A stretch of 35,723 nucleotides of DNA from a virus (Duplodnaviria; Caudoviricetes): positions 1-35,723 of the IMG/VR virus record IMGVR_UViG_3300047289_000009. The stretch is one strand, 5' to 3'. The stretch's first letter is position 1. The number at the start of each line of letters is the position of its first letter. Of this stretch, positions 33,115-35,723 are shown piece after piece. The notes under the pieces are model-generated. The model made no database searches, was not told where the DNA came from, and saw only the letters and a list, made by a program, of their open reading frames with translations. The position numbers were made by a program, and so were the translations under genes.

Positions 33115-33788
33115 TGGTCTATCGAATCAAAGGCTGGCACAAGTTTCAGCATTTCAAAGACAGGAAACCACCTTGGGTGAAGCTGTACCGTGACGTTTTG
33201 GACGACATGGATTGGCACGAACTCGACCCAGTTGCTGCAAAAGCTCTGGTCATGATGTGGCTGATTGCAAGCGAAGACGATGGCCGACTGCCTGATGAGA
33301 AAAAACTCGCCTTCAGGTTGCGTGTGTCAGAAAACTCAATGAAATCAATCATCTCAAAGCTCCATCACTGGCTGGAACAAGATGATATCAACGCGATATC
33401 AGACGGACATCAAGATGATGGCCTAGAGACAGAGACAGAGGAAGAGAGAGATACAGAGAAAGAGACAAAGACAAAACGCGCTTCGCGCTTGTCGCCTGAC
33501 TTTAGGTTGCCCAAAGAATGGGTTGACTGGACTTTTGAAAATCACCCCAAGGTGAATGCCCAGCAAACCTTTGACCAGTTCAAAGACTACTGGATTGCAA
33601 AGGCAGGGCCAAATGCCTCAAAGCTGGATTGGTTTAGCACATGGAGGAATTGGGTGCGCCGTTCAGAAGAGAAAAAACCCAGTGGGTTTCAGCCAGTCAA
33701 CAAGCAAGCAGCACTCGAAGAGCGCAACCGTGCAGTCATGGCCGAGTTCTTGGCACAGGATGAGCCACCACAGGAGGAGTTCGTATGA
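33111..33788 (+). CDS. Phage replication initiator / replisome organiser
   Basis: W.KFQH.KDR.PPW.KLYR N-terminus, ETETEEE linker, and F.DYW......KLDW..TWRNW C-terminal domain. Confidence 0.8.
   Translation: MMVYRIKGWHKFQHFKDRKPPWVKLYRDVLDDMDWHELDPVAAKALVMMWLIASEDDGRLPDEKKLAFRLRVSENSMKSIISKLHHWLEQDDINAISDGHQDDGLETETEEERDTEKETKTKRASRLSPDFRLPKEWVDWTFENHPKVNAQQTFDQFKDYWIAKAGPNASKLDWFSTWRNWVRRSEEKKPSGFQPVNKQAALEERNRAVMAEFLAQDEPPQEEFV
33378..33490. repeat. Putative replication origin inside the initiator gene
   Basis: GAYATCA at 33384, 33395 and 33406 (11-bp period), CAAGATGAT twice, then a purine-rich AGAGAC-type run. Confidence 0.55.
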
Positions 33789-34420
33789 CACCAGCAGACA
33801 AACCAAAGCTGTCGGCCATCGTCACTGACGTGATGGCCTACTACCGCCAAGACACCTCGCTGTTCACGCTGGGCATCTGGTGGGAAGCCTTCAAAGGGTT
33901 TGAGCTTGAGCAGGTGAGCCATGCCCTCACACGCCACGCAACCGACCCAGAGCGCGGTCAATTCGCTCCGAAGGTGGCAGACATAGTCCGACTGCTTCAA
34001 GGCACGCCTACAGACCGCGCACAGCTTGCTTGGGGTAAATGCCTCGATGCCATGCAGCGCATCGGTGCGTACAGCGACATCGTGTTCGATGACCCAGCAA
34101 TTCACGCAGTGGTCGAAGACCTTGGCGGCTGGTCAAAGATTTGCCGCAGCACCTACGAGGAGTTGAGCTATTTGCAACACCGCTTCTGCGAGGCTCACAA
34201 AGCCTACACGCGACAGGAGCGATTCGAGTACCCGCGCATGCTGTCTGGCGACAGGTCATCTGACGACATGTACCGCATGAAGGGATTGAAGCCACCAGCA
34301 CCAGCAGTCGTTGGTGACAAAGAAGTGGCACGACTGGTTTACAAGGGTGGCAAGACTGGCGGCAAGACCGTGATGTCACTCGCTGATTTTTCAACCAAAC
34401 AACTGGAGAGAGCAAATTGA
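33785..34420 (+). CDS. DUF6475-like replication-associated protein
   Basis: F.PK.AD, G.YSDIVFDDPAIHAVV..LGGW..IC motifs. Follows the initiator gene. Confidence 0.8.
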   Translation: MTPADKPKLSAIVTDVMAYYRQDTSLFTLGIWWEAFKGFELEQVSHALTRHATDPERGQFAPKVADIVRLLQGTPTDRAQLAWGKCLDAMQRIGAYSDIVFDDPAIHAVVEDLGGWSKICRSTYEELSYLQHRFCEAHKAYTRQERFEYPRMLSGDRSSDDMYRMKGLKPPAPAVVGDKEVARLVYKGGKTGGKTVMSLADFSTKQLERAN

Positions 34421-34584
34421 AAACAATCTACATCATCGCAATCATCTTGGCCATGCTTGGCATCGCTGGCACGATTGACTACGAAGAGCAACTGCGTGAA
34501 GACCAACACTACTGCGAGATGGTCAAGGCAGGAAACTGGCCAGCCTACAAACCAGAGGTGGACTGCAAGGAGTACGCAAAATGA
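34417..34584 (+). CDS. Small exported/membrane protein (55 aa; absent from the ORF track)
   Basis: TTG start after GGAGAGAGCAA, overlapping both neighbours by 4 bp. MKTIYIIAIILAMLGIAGTIDYEEQ...YCEMVKAGNWPAY. Confidence 0.75.
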   Translation: MKTIYIIAIILAMLGIAGTIDYEEQLREDQHYCEMVKAGNWPAYKPEVDCKEYAK

Positions 34585-34898
34585 ACGGCCAAGCAATCGG
34601 ACACTTTCGCGCAGAGCAAGCCGCGCAGAATGCTGGCCTCACATGGCAGATGATTGCCTACGGCAACTTTGTTGAGTTCGCTGAGACTCATGACTGTTTC
34701 ACCACCGAGCAAGTGCGTGCAGCATTCAAAGACATGCCAGCACCACCTGACTCACGCGCTTGGGGTGCAATCGCACTCAAGGCACGCCGCAGTGGTGTTG
34801 TCGACTCCATCGGCTGGGTTCGCGCCGAAAGCGCAAGCGTCCACGGCATGGTGGTCACGCAATGGAAATCAAAAATTTTTAGAGGAGCGCAAGCATGA
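34581..34898 (+). CDS. Hypothetical phage protein (105 aa)
   Basis: AAGGAG RBS. FTTEQVR...P.PPDSRAWGA motif. Confidence 0.75.
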   Translation: MNGQAIGHFRAEQAAQNAGLTWQMIAYGNFVEFAETHDCFTTEQVRAAFKDMPAPPDSRAWGAIALKARRSGVVDSIGWVRAESASVHGMVVTQWKSKIFRGAQA

Positions 34899-35002
34899 GC
34901 TGGCCATTCCCACCAGCCACTGGCCCAGTGCCGTGGACATCAAAACAAATCAAAGACCACGCGCAACAGCAACGCGCACAACTACCAGAAGCACCACTAT
35001 GA
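34895..35002 (+). CDS. Small hypothetical protein (35 aa; absent from the ORF track)
   Basis: GAGGAG RBS, ATGA overlaps at both ends. MSWPFPPATGPVPWTSKQIKDHAQQQRAQLPEAPL. Confidence 0.7.
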   Translation: MSWPFPPATGPVPWTSKQIKDHAQQQRAQLPEAPL

Positions 35003-35451
35003 CTGCAAAAAATCAACTATCACAAAAGCTGCGCGACTTTATGCGCCAAGACTCACACGGCATGACCATTGCAGGTTTGGCTGAATCAGTGAAAGCATCG
35101 CCTGACAGTGTTCGCAGGTCACTCAAGCTGATGCCTGACACCTACATCGCAGAGTGGGTTTTGAATGTTGGCAATGGCCGCTTCACATCGGTGTGGAAAA
35201 TTATCACACCACCTGCTGATGCACCAGAGCCTGATGAGAATCACCCGCGCTTCAAACCGTGCAACCCAAACTGGATGACAGACCTGCGCCGACAACCACG
35301 CAAAGTTTTGCAGAGAGCAATCACGCCACCAAAGCAAAAGACAGAGTCGACATGCACACCAGTCGAGCGCAAGAACTACCACCCAGAACACAAGCCACAG
35401 AAAACCAACTGGGTTCCAGTTGCACCTTGGCCAAAGGGAATGAAGCCATGA
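34999..35451 (+). CDS. Putative winged-HTH protein (150 aa)
   Basis: ATGA-coupled start at 34999. GMTIAGLA........VRRSLKLMPDTYI..W motif. Confidence 0.65.
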   Translation: MTAKNQLSQKLRDFMRQDSHGMTIAGLAESVKASPDSVRRSLKLMPDTYIAEWVLNVGNGRFTSVWKIITPPADAPEPDENHPRFKPCNPNWMTDLRRQPRKVLQRAITPPKQKTESTCTPVERKNYHPEHKPQKTNWVPVAPWPKGMKP

Positions 35452-35723
35452 AGTATGGATGCCACAACAGAGAGCCGTACAAAGAGCCGCACCGCATGTC
35501 ACCTGACTGTGAGTACACCAAAACAGAATTGGGAAAAGTTGATGAGCGATGTGCTGGATGCAGGTGGAAGATTGAAGAGCAACTGCCAGACCCTTGGGCT
35601 GTTGGTCATGGAGGTAGGCCAATGACACTGCGTGAATGTGCTGATTCAGAAGATATTCAGATTGACGAATGGAATGGATTGACTGACAAGCACAAAGTTG
35701 TTTTGATTCGACATGCTCCGAAC
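35448..35723 (+). CDS. Hypothetical Cys-rich protein, 3'-truncated
   Basis: ATGA-coupled start. MKYGCHNR...DCEY...CAGCRW; the frame is open to the window end. Confidence 0.65.
   Translation, partial: MKYGCHNREPYKEPHRMSPDCEYTKTELGKVDERCAGCRWKIEEQLPDPWAVGHGGRPMTLRECADSEDIQIDEWNGLTDKHKVVLIRHAPN

Noticed and set aside
34654-34998. N-terminal extension of ORF 34654-35451
   Set aside because: It overlaps two better-supported genes; the ATGA-coupled start at 34999 is more plausible.
34485-35586. AGAGCAACTGC at 34485 and 35576 as further sRNA targets
   Set aside because: They are complementary to the sRNA loop region but lie inside coding sequence (EEQL codons), away from start codons, and could be chance.

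Overview
About 36 kb of a short-tailed dsDNA phage genome with a Bordetella BPP-1 / Burkholderia BcepC6B-like virion module. The host is probably a Gram-negative betaproteobacterium (inference from the spanins and gene families). The + strand from 1 to 27242 carries portal (5'-truncated), head genes, tail adaptor and nozzle, three ejection proteins, tail fibres and an expanded lysis cassette. One ejection protein has a GH108 lysozyme domain. Another is a 2886-aa polyvalent protein with ART-like, GNAT-like and HExxH domains. The - strand from 27325 to 31128 is an early recombination operon (YqaJ, RecT, Xis-like HTH, Nmad5). The + strand from 31274 to the end has a Cro-like HTH, RusA, SSB, two all-alpha NTP pyrophosphatases (one broken by an amber codon), a replication initiator with iterons, DUF6475 and small ORFs. 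No CI repressor, integrase, tRNA, CRISPR array or reverse transcriptase is visible. Best leads: (1) a candidate ~70-nt sRNA after the endolysin whose hairpin presents an exact 11-nt antisense to an extended RBS shared by three phage genes; (2) an 83-aa gene nested in the +1 frame of the giant ejection protein, directly after its GNAT-like domain, a possible built-in immunity gene; (3) a late-promoter motif GGTGACCGTA-N17-TAnnnT in three copies; (4) a loop-E-type multibranch RNA between the two pyrophosphatase genes. All family assignments are from motif recognition by eye, not from database searches.
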